A stretch of 64,000 nt of DNA from Fimicolochytrium jonesii (taxonomy: Eukaryota): NCBI RefSeq assembly GCF_025526975.1, contig NW_026515668.1, forward strand, positions 806,001 to 870,000, read 5' to 3'. Below are positions 1-13,473 of the stretch, one piece after another. The notes beneath the pieces were generated by a model that was not told the origin of the DNA, searched no databases, and was given only the letters and a program-made list of their open reading frames with translations. Each line of letters starts with the position of its first letter. Position 1 is the stretch's first letter. The translations under genes and the position numbers were made by a program.

Positions 1-396
1 ACGAGCGGTAACGTCCGTGACAATGTACAGAAGCTGCTCGGTGAAGAGGCTCTGAAGGAAGTTGAGACGGACAAAACCGTGCGGCACTTTTTCCGAGACT
101 ACAGCGCTTGCTATGCATTGGGCTCAGTGCGGCGGCCAGGATTCTTTTCCGACATGAATAGAATAGCCAACATGGACGATGAACCACATTGGACGGGGGT
201 CAAAGCTCCAATATTGTGCATGCACGGCCTGAAGGATGATCTGGTATCAATAGCGCACCCGGAGCACTTGCTGTCAACTGCATCTACACAAGATAATGCC
301 AAGCGGTTGATGCGGTTTCCAGATGAGAAGCACATCCTGCCATTGAAGCAGACTAGCCGGGCGATAACAAAGTTCTTGGAAGAGACCGTATGGTAG
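1..396 (+). CDS. alpha/beta-hydrolase fold protein, 3' end only
   Basis: C-terminal motifs 'VKAPILCMHGLKDDLV' and 'FPDEKHIL' (catalytic Asp and His region); the 5' part lies outside the window. Confidence 0.7.
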   Translation, partial: TSGNVRDNVQKLLGEEALKEVETDKTVRHFFRDYSACYALGSVRRPGFFSDMNRIANMDDEPHWTGVKAPILCMHGLKDDLVSIAHPEHLLSTASTQDNAKRLMRFPDEKHILPLKQTSRAITKFLEETVW

Positions 397-739
397 TGCT
401 GATACCTGATTCTATATACTAGGCAACCGTATGTACATATGTATACTGTATGCTGTTGCAATAAAACCCATCCTGATACTTGGCCAACATTTCCTTCGAG
501 CGGGTGGAAAGCCAGTGACTTCGTCTCGTCTGATGATGGTGAATCAGGGGCCAAGCGACGCTAACTCCAAAATCCGCTTGTTGCTCCTGCGGTCCTGTGC
601 AGTCCCAAATCCTAACGCTATGACACATCTGGGACCGTCACCAGTGGTCAGATGCCACGGCCAGCTTGTGCCGGCACGGAAAGCCGTTGCAATCGTTTTG
701 CCTTAGAAGAGATGTTCCCCCTCACATGGAGCGCACCTC

Positions 740-1346
740 TTAACCCCAAGCAGCCGTCGTTGAATAGTTCACTATCAGATTTCCTTCCGCCCCGAAGCAC
801 TATGAGCAAGCATGCGATTGTAACGGTCAATATCGGTGCAGAAAGTATAAAAAAGCACATCAGAGCGATGACATCCACATATCCTACTTTGTACAAGTTT
901 CCGACGATTTCGTCAGGAGCTGGTGCGAAAGAGCTGTTGACGTACAGGAACTATCCAACCAATGTCAAGATTCTGCCAGATCTGAAGCCATATGAGAAGC
1001 AGCCCTCTTACGGGGCATCTCTCTTACCAGAACATCCTGTGGCTTGTAGTTGAGCTCCTTCTTCAAGAAGTTGATAACCGTCTGGAACTTCTGCGACGCG
1101 GAGATTTTGAAGAAGGCCTGCTTCAAGATGGGTGCGCTTCCCGTCGCGCGGAACCTAACTACCACTATACCGTGAAAGGCAGACTTCTATTTTAGCCGCC
1201 ATTTTCAGCTATTCCGCGCAGGAGGGTAATATCTTGTGCGGAGATAGTGTACCTTTCGTTGCAGCCGCACTCGCAGAGCTAGGCCGCCGTGAGGGCGGGC
1301 TTGGCAAGGTTGCAGCGACTGGGGTTTCTGGCGCGTTTGCACTCAT
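740..1346 (-). CDS. ATG12: ubiquitin-like autophagy protein Atg12 (4 exons)
   Basis: Spliced product contains [16 protein letters not shown]...[14 protein letters not shown]...[12 protein letters not shown], with the typical C-terminal Gly. Confidence 0.95.
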
Positions 1347-1762
1347 TGAGAGACTAGGGTGTTGGGTTTGCCGGGTGGAGGGATGGTGAGAGGGAACTAC
1401 CTCACAAGCTTCCGCTACGATGAAGAGCAGAAGGCTTATGGCGACATGGGGGTCGTTGTGGGGTTCAGCTCCTGAATGTCGAAAGCCGCATGTCTGAGCA
1501 GTGCAGGGTAATGAGGGGTAACGCGGAAAACGCGTGAATAAGAGCGATGTCGACTTGCTTGCGAAGTCGAAATTTGGACGGTGCGCATCGCAAGGTCGAG
1601 CCACTGAGCCTGCGTTCACAATACCTAAGGATTGTATCTCCCCCGGCACCGCGGTCGAGAAGTCTTGTTATACTAGCTACCTAAAGGCACTCTCCAAATT
1701 CGGTCGTTTTCTGGGCCTCCCGCGCTGCGACTTGTGTTGCTCGGGTGTCCGAGCTCGTGGCT

Positions 1763-4700
1763 ATGGGGGACGTACGGCAACAGCTGAATCATCAGCTATT
1801 TGTTGGGTTTGGGGAAGCGGGAATAGCATCCCAAACACAAGGGAAAGACACGCGGTCCGCAACCTCCGAAGGAGGTGGCCCGACGGATAAGCTCAGCGAA
1901 AAGCTGGTCCTCAGCGTGAGGGTGTCTGAAGAGTCGAAAAAAGGCAAAGAGAAGGACAAGGATAAGGACAAGGACGATGATGGGGCAAAGCGGGGGAAGT
2001 CTAGTAGAAAGTTTCGATTCATATGCATCACTGGTGAGCATCGATGATGAACTCTTCGTTCGAAGGCGGACTGTCGTTGATCCAATGTCGTAAAGTGAAG
2101 AAGAACATGAAGATCCGCATACATAAGGTCAAACAGAGCAAGGGAGGGAGCTTCACCGTGAGCAAGACATGGGGACTAGACGACATCAAATCTATCGAGT
2201 CCATCGAGGTACAGGCAGTAGCTCTCAAGCTTCCAAATATGCGGCTGAACGTCATCGTCAATAGGACACACAAGTGCTGATTAACTTGGGAAAGCCGTAT
2301 CAGTGGCGCCTCGATGACATGGAGAAGAAGATAGAGTTTCTTTTCACTCTGGCAAAGGTGCTCATCAGGTCGAAATGAGCAAGCGCGAGCATCCGACTGA
2401 TGCGTATCGTAGCTCTGCAGGAAGTACCTGAAGAAGCAACCGAAGTTCATCAATGTGGAAGAAGATTCTCTGAGACGTATGTTGCGGTCTTCTTCTTGGA
2501 GCGGTAAAGCAGTGGTTTGACCGCAAAGGCCTCTTCAGAGCAGATGCACTCGGACACCAGTTTCCTCAGTGCCACGGAAAAGGAGTTTACGAATACTATG
2601 GCTGCTATCTCGAAGCGGGGGAAGGACGACGTGGTGGCTGAGGAGGATGAAGCAGATGACATCCTTGCCGAAGACCGTGAGTGACGCAGCAGACCGCTCT
2701 CATGATTCCTTTCACGCTGACGCGGGGACCCCAATCTAGCGGTCTTACCACTCATGGAGCTCGATGGGCCAAACATAGACCTCGGGGAAGTCCTGGTAAG
2801 ACTTCGAATACTCAGAAAACGACATTATTCATGCACGGAGTCTGATAACTTCCGCTGAATTGATAGAATGACTTCGATTGGGAGGCCAGTGGAGACGCAG
2901 CAGCCCTTGAGACGAGACTGGTTACGGAATTGCAAGCCTTGGAAGCGGTACGTGGAACGTGGACTCGAGAGATGACATTTCACTGCAGCGGACCTGACAT
3001 TGAGCCGCAGGCGAACGTACACGCCATAATAGGCAGTGAAGAACAAGCGAACCTCGTAGTGGATCAACTCGATCATGCTATCCTGCAGCTCGATCAGATT
3101 GATGAATGGATCTCGCATTATACCCAGCTTCTTGATGTAGGTTGGATATGCGCCATACATGCGCGCTGCTATGCACACTCTGAAGATTGATGTCTGCAGA
3201 GCATGGGACAAGATGTCCACCAAATCGAAATCCGCCACAAAGGCATGCAAATAGCGGCTGCGAACCAGAAGGCCTTGCTGAAAGAAGTGGAGAGCATTCT
3301 GGTACTTTCCCGTCCGAACTTTGGGACGTGGTCACACCCAGGGCTGATGTGGTTCGACAGGAAAGCTTGCGGCTTCCCGCCTATATTTTGGATATCTTGC
3401 GCAATGAGCCCTTGACGGACGTCGATGGGATAAGTCAGAGCGAAGATGCAGTCAAGAAGCTCAAGGAAGTCACGCAGCGGAAGATAGACAGTGGTACGTT
3501 ACCAAATGCGCCGCTTCGCTTCTTTCACATCCTAACTTACGGAACCATTACCAGATGTTTCATCGCTACAGGCGATCAAAGAGCGTTTAGCTTTCCTCAA
3601 TTTCCACGCGACTAGCTTCGCAGTCCGGTTACATGACTATCTGAATGGGTACTTTGGCACACTGGTAAGTGGCGCAACACGCGGAGCTTTCGCAGTGATT
3701 TTGACTCTGATCGCGGTAACAGACAGACGCATATCTGCACGATAAAGCTCGGACATCAAAGAAAGGAGATCTTAGACTGCACAACCATGATACGCTGGAA
3801 GAGAAGCTGTATCGGTTCTGCTTCCTGCTGAGGTGGCTGAAGACTGTCGATACCCGGAAGCATTACAACCTGCAAATGGTAACCTTCTGCCCTGACTCAA
3901 TGGACTTCCTGTCTCTGACGCATAAATCGGTATCAGTCATACGTCCAGGAGATCGCCCGGGTTTACAATAAAGAAGTCCATGACTTTGTGGAACAGCTGC
4001 GAACACACCATATACATCGGCGGACGGAATCAGAGGAGCAGGACTACGGTAAACCGAGATTTCCGTATTATCTGGTCCTAAAGCGGAAGCCTCATCTTTG
4101 CTCTACCATGTAAAGTATTCTCCCTCCCATTGGTATCGGTCTCGTCCGCTGCCACCAATGCCATCAAGTCGGCAATTCCATTCTCTAAGGCATCTCATGG
4201 GACCCTGCCCACGGACAAGCCAGCACGGAGCGGCCGAATCAAGGGCGCTCCATGGAAAAGCCGACATCGCGATGGCGACCCGGATACCCCGGAAAATGAT
4301 GGTGATGATGTTGCTAGTCTTCGCAGACGGGGTTCAACTGCGACCCGAAGCTCCGTTGCAGGAAACAGCGTTCTCAGTTTAGACATTGGTGGAGACGAGA
4401 GAATGCCCCCGGATGAGGTCCGAATCAGCAAGTGCTTTGCCGGACCCTATGCCGCCTCTGAACATCGCATCATTTCCAATCTAGGCATTGAGACACACTC
4501 TTTCGGTCCTACTTCCCGTCATGGTGCGCGAGCAAAACTTCATCACCGATCTGTTTAGTCTGCACAAAGACGGCGAAGATCTGGCAGATCCGCAGGCGCC
4601 AACAGCGGATCAACCAATTGAGCGGATCCATGACTGGCAGGACTCGTTAGGGCAGCCACGGCCGCAGAACAATGATCTCAAGCTCAATAAGCGGATCCAG

Positions 4701-6116
4701 TAAGTCTAGGGAACGTCCCTAGCAGAATTAACGTTAATGGATGAGAAAACTGATGCGGGAATGTAAAGTGAACTCCAGCAGGGCATCTTTAACGACGTGC
4801 GCGCCGAGGTACTCGGCACTCTGGACTTTGCCCTCAAAGGAGACCAAACCTACGCTATCGGGATGATGGTTGCAGTGGAAGATTTTGTCGACGACTATAA
4901 GGAGACGTGCCATTCGTACTTGATGGAAGTCCTCGATGATATCAACAAGAAAGTGGGAGGTGTCTTTGAAAAGTTTCTGGTGTGTACGGCCGAATTGTGC
5001 GGACTTTGAGTGAGCGCGAGATGCACGATTGCTCAACATTCCGCCTTCGTAGGAGGAACAAATCAAAGCCATCGACGAAAGCAAAACCACGCTCAAGAAG
5101 CGGAACGGCATTCTATCCTTTGTACGGACCTTCCCGGTATGTTCATATCTCCCATCATGTCGCGTGCCCGCCACTTCTTAAACTCAACCACGACCCCATA
5201 TCACCAACAGAAATTCGTCCAAAGAGTGGAGAACATCCTCAACGGCTCCACAGGAAATGCCCAACGCACAATCAACCAAGCCTACGCGCGCATCATCAAG
5301 ATGATTTTTGAGACGCTTGATACGATGGCACAACAGGTCACTGTGGACGTGAAGGCGGCGCCGGATGACAAGGAATCGCTGAATATCCATATTCTGCATG
5401 TTGGTGAGTCCCGCCCAGTTTTAACAATGCGGAGCGACGGATACACCATAGCGTACTGACTGCCATGAGAAAAACAGAAAACATGCACCATTTCTACTCG
5501 TTCATCAGAGAAAGGAAGGTGCCCAGCCTCGATGTATATGTCAAGCAGGCGAAGAGCATCTACGATGTGCACCTCGATGCGTACTGTAAAGTCGTGATTC
5601 GCAAGCCGTTGGGGAGATTATGGGTATGCAGACCAAATCGCTCAGTATCAAAGCCGTCTGGTTGAAAGCCCCTTTCAAATTTTTACACGCCGTTTCTCTA
5701 TCGTGCTTTAGGATTTCTTCGAAGGTATTGAAGGCCTTCTGAAAACCAATACGCCAGAGGAAATCAACTACCACATGCAATACAACAAAGGGGCGTTGAA
5801 GGAAGTCGTTCGGAAGTATCCGGGGAAGGAGGTGCGTTTCACACCATATCTCGAGCTACTAGCGCATTGATTCTCACTCCTTCCTACACAGATAAAAAAG
5901 GGTCTCGAATCCCTTTACAAAAAGGTCGAAAAGCACTTCACGGACGAAGAAGGCCTCCTGCAAGTCGTCTGGCGCGGCATCCAGGAGGAAACTGCCAAAC
6001 GATACAAGCGCTACGGGGAGCTCATCGAACTGTGCTACCCAGAGACTGTCACGAAGCTGGAGTTTACGATGGATGAGCTGCTGGGATACTTTTCGGAGTT
6101 GGCTAGGGCTCATTGA
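1763..6116 (+). CDS. SEC3: exocyst complex component Sec3 (multi-exon)
   Basis: N-terminal PH-like region (IHKVKQSKGGSFTVSKTWGLDDI), then LQALEAANVHAII, ENMHHFY, EEGLLQVVWRGIQEE; many short GT-AG introns. Confidence 0.9.
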
Positions 6117-6363
6117 GTATGAGACGAGCGACCTTATTTTTTGGGATGGGGGTTGGCTTTTGGCCGTTTTTGAAGAAGGTTGTGTATTTACAATGAAATA
6201 TCGCTGTTTCGTTGAAGCTATATGCAGAGATTGTAACCAAGTTCAGATTCTTGTTTATTGGAGTGGTCTCCCCACGCGTCCGCAGGGGAGAGCTATGGGC
6301 AGCACAGCTCGGTCGACGCATCGGGACTTGAGCGTGTGAGCTTCTGATTCACTCTTGAGACTG

Positions 6364-8299
6364 CTAGGACGGTTTTGTCGCTTGTAGTTGCTTCTCGATA
6401 GCGTTCACCCATAACTGGGCATCCTCAGCGTTCACCGTCTGTATTTTGGATATACTCAATCAGCGAAACTATCCGACAAAACAAAACCAAACACCCTTGG
6501 CCCCAGATCGCCTTTCCACAACATACCTCAAGGTAATACGTCCGCTTCGCCGTATGCACAAAGAAATGCCGCGGGTCCTTCAGTTCGACTTTCAGCTTAT
6601 CAATCCACGGTATCTCGCTCTTCGGGTGCGGGCCCGATTTGGTCTCGTCAAAGAAGAGCAAACGCGGTAGATCGGTCAAGACTAGGCCTCGCTTCTTGGA
6701 GAAGAGACCTTTACGCTGTTGTATTCGGTAAAGGGGTCAGTCGGACATCTGTTGCTAACGCAAATGCGGCGAACCGATACCTTGTGCACAATCCCTTCCA
6801 TCAGAATCACTTCCGTGGGCGCCACCACCAGTGGCCGCAGCGGCGACTTTGCCTGCTCTTTCAAGGTCTTCAATTTATCCGCGCTGTCCGTACTCGGGAT
6901 CTCCTCGAAGGGATCTCTCGAGAGCTCAATGTCGCCATGGAACTGGCCCGTCCCAGTCGTCAAACACGCCAGCTCACTCGTCAAATCCTCCATATTGTGA
7001 TCCGATGTCGCCGGCAAGAATGGCCGGAGGTCCGGTGCGGTCTGAGATGGGAGATCGTCCCACACAAAGTCGGCAAAGAAGGGGTGTTTGCGAAGGTCGG
7101 CGAGGGAGGGCCGCGCTGCTGCGTCGAGGACGAGTATGCTGCTGACGAGGTCGCGTGCTGATTCGGGGAAGCCGTCGGGGAAGGTGTAATCGAGCTTAAT
7201 GATCTTTTGGAACGTCTGATACTCGTTCGCACCCTTGAACGGCGGTTTGCCGGCCAGGAGGTGGAACAGTATGCATCCTATTGCCCATATATCGGATGAT
7301 GTGGAGGCAGCGCGATTGTTCAGGAGTTCTGGAGAACAGTATTCAGCTGTTCCTACGAAGGAGTTGCGCTTCGTGTCAACTTTCGTTTCCTGATCATCGT
7401 CCAGTATCTTTGCCGTACCAAAGTCTGTGATCTGACGAACTGAAATCAGCATTAATCCCAGCAAAAAACTGTGCGAGGATCAGTCCTAGGGTCTCCCTCC
7501 CAATATGTTGCCAAGCCCATCCTCGCAGAGTGCAATCCATCCCCGCCCTGGATCCCCAACTGCATTCGAATGATCGGCATACCTTGATGTGCATCCTGTC
7601 GTCCAGTAATATGTTCTGCAAGATTGGGAGCTATGAGTATGCGACACTATGGAATGCCGTCGGGCAAACCTCCATCTTCCACACCTCTGGTTTTAGATCC
7701 CTATGTATAACATTTATGCTATGCAGATGCTCCACTGCCTCTATGATCTCCGCGACGTAAAACCTCGCATCCTCCAGCTTGAACGACCCCAGTTTCCTGA
7801 TAAACCCCAGCAAATCGCCATCCTTTGCATACTCCAACACAAAATACAACGAATGCGCATCCTGAAACGTATAGTACAGCTTCACAATTAACGGATGCGA
7901 TAAGCGATGCAGCACATCCTTCTCGATGTTGACGTATTTGATCTTTTTCTCTTTTATGATGTGGTGTTTGTCGAGCACTTTGACCGCGTATTCGCGTTGG
8001 GTGGAGATTTCCTTTGCGTAGAGGACGGTGGAGTAGGAGCCTTCGCCCAGGACGCGGCCAAAGACAAAGTCGTCGGGGGTGCGTTTCCGGGCGGGGTCTT
8101 CCTTTTCGACGGAAGCTGCCTCAGCCGCCCCGCTGCTTTTACGTGAAGTGTGCGGAGAAGACTCTTTTGACGGGTGTCCTGCCAATGTGACGAGTGTTGA
8201 GCCTTGGACTCTGCTGTGCTGAACAAGAAAACACAGCTATCTACCTCTCATTACGAGCCCAGGGTCGTCGACGGAGCTACCGTTCGACGGTAAGCTCAT
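6364..8299 (-). CDS. PDPK1: 3-phosphoinositide-dependent protein kinase (PDK1/Pkh/Ksg1) with C-terminal PH domain
   Basis: GEGSYSTV, HRDLKPE, DFGTAK, RNSFVGTAEYCSPE; PH domain 'FFVHTAKRTYYLE'. Confidence 0.93.
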
Positions 8300-8685
8300 A
8301 GCGACCGACGATCTTCAGTGACAAGCAAAGTAGGTCACCAGGGGTAGGAAGCGTCGCCCGCTGTCACTCTCTGTCTGCTGGCCCTAGAACGCAGGAAAAG
8401 GGACGTCTGGCAAGCGGGCAGGAGCCGTCTTTCTAGCCAGCTGTAGCGTAGGTATGTGTTATGAAGAGGCAGCGAGGGCTCAGTGTCGGTTTAAATGTCG
8501 AGCGAAATGCCATGTCCAGAAAGCGACCTCCAGGACAAGGAAACGTCAGTTGGCGACGCGTCTCGTCCCGGCTCCCCCTGCGTCTCCCCTCCTTCTTCTC
8601 ACCTCAACTTCAACTCAGGCTTCAGACGACGACGGCTTTCCAGTCCAACATCACCGCAAAGGGAAGACAGGCCCAGCGTCCCGCC

Positions 8686-10091
8686 ATGCCCACTCAGCTG
8701 CCTCCCTCGCCACAGCGGGGTGCGCCAAGCACCTCCACCTACACCTCACAGCATCCCACGGGAGGTGGCCGCAGCGGCACGTCCATCTTCAGGACCGCCT
8801 TGCAGAAGATCACACTCTACTTTACCTCCCTCACCCTCGGCACCACCATCATCATCGGCCTCTGCGTCTTCATCCACCTCCTCAACATCCTATTTTCCCT
8901 CACGGACAACTTCTGTCTGCAGTCGCCGGCCTACTTCAGCTCGCCGCTCTCCAGCTTTCCCAAACTGTTCACAAACCACTTTACGCATACAGATATCTTC
9001 CACCTCATTGGAAACATGTTTGTGTTTCCGGCAGTGGCGGGTCCACTGGAGCGGGATTTGGGGACGTTTCAGTTCCTACACGCCGTCGGCATAATCCTGG
9101 CTCTTGTCGCCAGCTTTCTGTACATTATCGTTGGCGGTGTGATAGGCGTGATCATCAAGGCTATTGGACAACAGTGCTCGTTGGGCCTATCTGGGCTGAT
9201 ATTCGCGTTGATGACCGTCGAAGCCTGGCAGGGCAGGCCGCCGTTTGAGCATGTACATATCGGATCATGGGAGATCCTGGGGCATTATCTGCCCTGGATT
9301 ATCTTTGGAATTTCATCCATCATATATCCCTGGAGCTCGTTCGTGGGACATTTGACTGGGATACTTGCTGGGATACTATGTAAGGAGACGAACTCGGTCC
9401 CGTCCGTAGTCTCCTCGAAAGCTGACCCTTTCGTCATATCAACCTCTCTTGCAGATGGAATGGGGTTCCTGGACATCTTGCTACTGCGACCACGACAGCT
9501 GGCGGCCCTACGCGACGCGCGCATCTTCAGCGGGCTCACGCGAAGACGCAACTTTGTCGACACGCAAGGTTCAGTAGCACTGCCCACCACCTCACCGGGC
9601 GGATCGGCGCGGGTATTGAATCCATTGTGAGTTAGACTGCGTTACGCGGGGTGCTCCCTCTTGCACGCGTGTGCCACTCTCCGCATGACTTACTTATTGC
9701 TTCCAAACTGCCATTCCAAAGCGGCGGCAGCAGCAGCGCACCCAACCACAAATCGACAACATCCGGCAGCGGCTTCTTCAACAATTTCACTCGAAACGGC
9801 AGTCAGGCACGCGGCGGTCCGTCATACACCTCCCTCTCCGATGACGCGCTCCTGAATAGCGATAACGACCCTCTGCTATGGGATGAGGAGCCGGCCGGGG
9901 TGGGCATTGTGGATGATATTGATGAGGCTGTGCTGGATTTAGAGGGAGTTGATGGGCTTGATGGGGAGGTGGAGGGTGGAGGAGCGAGTGGTGATGGAGC
10001 GGCATCTGTGGTTGTGGAGACGGGCGGGGCTGATGCTACGCCAGCGGCACTAGGGAAGAGTACGAAAGCGGAGGGGCCGCCGTTGATATGA
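8686..10091 (+). CDS. rhomboid intramembrane serine protease (Rbd2/RHBDD-like)
   Basis: HxxxxHxxxN (HTDIFHLIGNM), GLSG catalytic Ser motif, FVGHLTG catalytic His; the start ATG is inferred. Confidence 0.85.
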
Positions 10092-10849
10092 TCTGCGACT
10101 CGCGAGACTTGAGTCTACTGCGAGCTGAGAAAGCCGGGACTTTCCTCAAAGTGACAAGGTCGTACTCAGGCGTGCAGCGGACTACTCTGCGAATGTTCCA
10201 ACCCTAAACAGTCGCGCAGACCACCTACAAACGACTTTCGGTGAGCTTTGGAGTTTGTCAATGGTGGAGCTCTGGTTTTTTCTGCCAGTGTACATACATA
10301 AGAAGAGTTCATTTGAAAATACGTTATGAATGGATTCTGTGACACTAACCGAAGATTCTGCTTCAGAAGCACTAATGGAAGCGCCTGTGAAGGCTGACGC
10401 GTACGGTTTGGAACGCGTGGCTTAGCCCCGGAATCTCGGAGCTCTCGAGACGAATGCCTGGGTTCTGGAAGCCGCCAACGCGAAAGTGCTGGATGCTGGT
10501 AACATCGCTAATCACAATCCATGACGGAGACGCTATAAAACGTTAAAAAGCCTCCATGGAAGTCTGGAAGGCTGCACGCCGCCGTTCTGCCCGCAAGCTT
10601 GGCAAACAGACAGCATCGCATCTGCAACACCATCGTCGGCGAAGAGGCTAGGCCGACCAGTAGATAAACCCACAGGCGGGAACTGAGGGACAAGCCCTGA
10701 ATAGCACGCTTTAGCGAAAATGGGAGCATATTGGAGTGCGTTTCGGGCCGCAGAGTAAGTCACCGTCAGAGTGTGCCTTGTCGCGCATCGTATCAGACGA
10801 CCTCTCTACTTATACTTCTTCTCCCGCCGCTCTGTACTCGCTTCTCATA

Positions 10850-12647
10850 GTCCGGACGTTTATCTTGGTATGTCTTTTTGTTCGAGTCTCTACATTTAAC
10901 CCAGTAGTGAATCGTCGCGCTAAAGCATTTCTTGCACAAACAAACAGGTTACACAACCTACAAAGTTGTGAAAGTCAAAGACAGATATCTAGGGCTTCTC
11001 TACTATGGCTCCAGTACCTGCATCTTCGCCTATATCCTGTGGAATATCTTTTCGCAGGAACTGTATCTGAAAAGGTCTGCTCCGACTGCCGGTATGTGGA
11101 TGCGACAGAGGAGGTGGATTTGAGAGAATATGGTCGGGACAAGGAGGCTCATGGTGAACGACCTCATGCACAGGCTATGTCAGATCAAGCGCGAAACTCG
11201 CAGCGGGCCTGCCGGATCCCGCGTATTGCTCGGTCACGCCCGTCCTGGAGGCCCGAACCGCCTTCGGAGGCTGTCTCCACTGGCCCGCTGAACGGATCGT
11301 CTTCCCCTACGACGGCGAGCTGGGCACGCTGTTCATCACCACCCGGGTTACGCTAACCCAGACCCCGCCGCCCGTTGCGCCCTGCACCAACTATATAACC
11401 GACCCGAACTGCCGCGCCCCGTCCCTCGATGAGGTCAAGCAGACTGCCAACTCCACCACCTTCTACATCGCTAACGTCGAGGACGTCAGTCTGCGGCTTG
11501 ACCACGGCGTTCTTGTTCAATTCGGCTCGTCCCTTCTCAGCCCTGAATCCAAAACCATCCCCGCCGTGAGCATGGAAGGCAAAATGGAAATTTGCCGTGG
11601 CCGGAACGCATCGTTGGAGCAGCGATTGACGTGGGACTCTGCGTACCGTGCCAACAAGAGCACGACGAATCATCTGGATACCTTTCCGTTGAGGGATTTG
11701 CTTGCGGCCGCGGACTGTAATACTAAAGATTGGGGCTCGTTGGAGCAGGAGTCCACTGCGGATGGCGCTCAGAAGGGGGAGTCACTGAGGACTAATGGAT
11801 TTGTCATCTCCTGTAAGTACTTTCTCGCGATGTGGGCGGAGGCGATCCTGCCAAATTCGCCGATCACTGACACTGTCGTCCTTGATTCCAGCACCCATCA
11901 TTTACTCCAATGTCAGAGGGAAGCAGCAATACCGCTACAGTTACAAACCGGAGCGAAGTATGTTTTCCAGTTCTCGAACTTCGATTTACCGCCATGAATC
12001 TCATTTTTTCTCACCTCTCTTCCCTCACACCCGCAGTCGCCAACACAGACTACAAAGCCACCGAGTCCATCTTCCAACCCGACGGCTCAATCCTCTACGT
12101 CTCCCGCCGCGGCATCCGCGTCGTCTTCGAACAGGACGGCTCCATCGGCGTCTTCGACTTTATCTCCCTCCTCACCGCCCTCGTCGCCGCCACCGCGCTC
12201 CTGCGCGTCGCCACGCTCATCGTCGAGTCCCTCATGCTGTGGGTGATGCCCCACCGGCACCTTTACAAGGACTCTAAGTTCGAGTCAACGGAAGATTTCA
12301 GCGACATTCGCGACCGGCAGGAGGAGGAGCGGGCTGAGCGAAGACATCGGAGGAAGGTGGCCCGCGCCAACGGCGCCAAACCCAACCCGGACGATATGGT
12401 TAGCTCGGACGGCGAGTCGTCGGTACAGAGCGGCGCGACGACGGAACGGAAGGCGAGGGCGGGACATCGGAGGTTGGCGGGGAGTCCCGTGGCGGTCAGT
12501 AGTCGGCCGGCGACGCCCGATCAGGCGTATGGGGAGGAGATGAGTGCTGTGGTATATCCGAAGCCTGGTGCGGAGGGGTTGAAGAGGGATGAAGGCGCGT
12601 TTGGGAGGGCGATGGCTGGGCATTATTCGGCTGAGAACAAGGTGTGA
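10850..12647 (+). CDS. P2X purinoceptor-like ATP-gated cation channel (5' exon(s) unresolved, upstream of 10850)
   Basis: YTTYKVVKVKDRYLGLLYY (N-terminal YxTxK and TM1), LFITTRV, RRGIRVVFEQDGSIGVFDFISLLTALVAATALL (TM2), YKDSK (YxxxK motif). Confidence 0.88.
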
Positions 12648-13295
12648 AGGTGATTGAGCGCCTCAAGGTGGGAGAGCTTCCTTTCGCTGGCCGGGCCAGC
12701 AAGGGAATGGACAGTGTGCTTGGGACTTCTGTGACTCTGGACATTGGCGTCTTGCTTTTGATTCAGCCCTTCCTCTTTTACGCGGACTTCCGTTGTTCCT
12801 GCGGTTCCCCTCCTATTGTTTGTTTCAATTGTTGTTCAGTACCCTCATAATACCGTTTCCATATCCATTAATGTCACCGTCTGCGGCGGCGCCGTTTCTC
12901 GGTTTCTAAGTGTGTTTGTGCCTTGCGTAGTCCGTGAATCAGGCAGGGTTATAGAATCAATAGACCAATAGAGTTGACCGCCAACTTTCGTTTCCTGATT
13001 CATCAATATTCACGACACAACGGTCATCGACCTCAATGGAATCGTCCGGGCTGGTTAGCTGATGCGCAGTTGTGGTGAACTTTTCTAGTCTCCTTAGATA
13101 GTTAGTATCCCGTATTTAGCTATTCCCACCCGCGATGGCACATGGACCTGCGTGCATCGCAAGATATGCGACATTACTTCTTGTATGTTGTAGAGTTGAC
13201 CAGAAGCAAATATGAGAACAAGAACTTCTATTTCCATCGAGTAATAGCGTCAGAATAGCGTCAGGGGGGAGGATAAATTAGATGTGTGTTGTGTA

Positions 13296-13364
13296 CGCCG
13301 TTGCCTGCACGTTGTATCCGACTACGATTATGGGTGGTGTATGATGTTATGTGATGCTAGTAAT
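13296..13364 (+). repeat. dispersed ~70-bp repeat, copy 1 (copy 2 at 23960-24032)
   Basis: cgccgttgcctgcacgttgtatccgac...ttatgggtggtgtatgatgttatgt[g/a]atgctagtaat occurs at both loci. Confidence 0.9.
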
Positions 13365-13473
13365 CATGCAAACTTGCTATATTCCACCGACCTGTACAGA
13401 AAAGAAGACATTGTCAGCGCCGATTCCCAACAGGAGGTCCCAGCCGTCCTATCCAACACACAATACACCGTAC

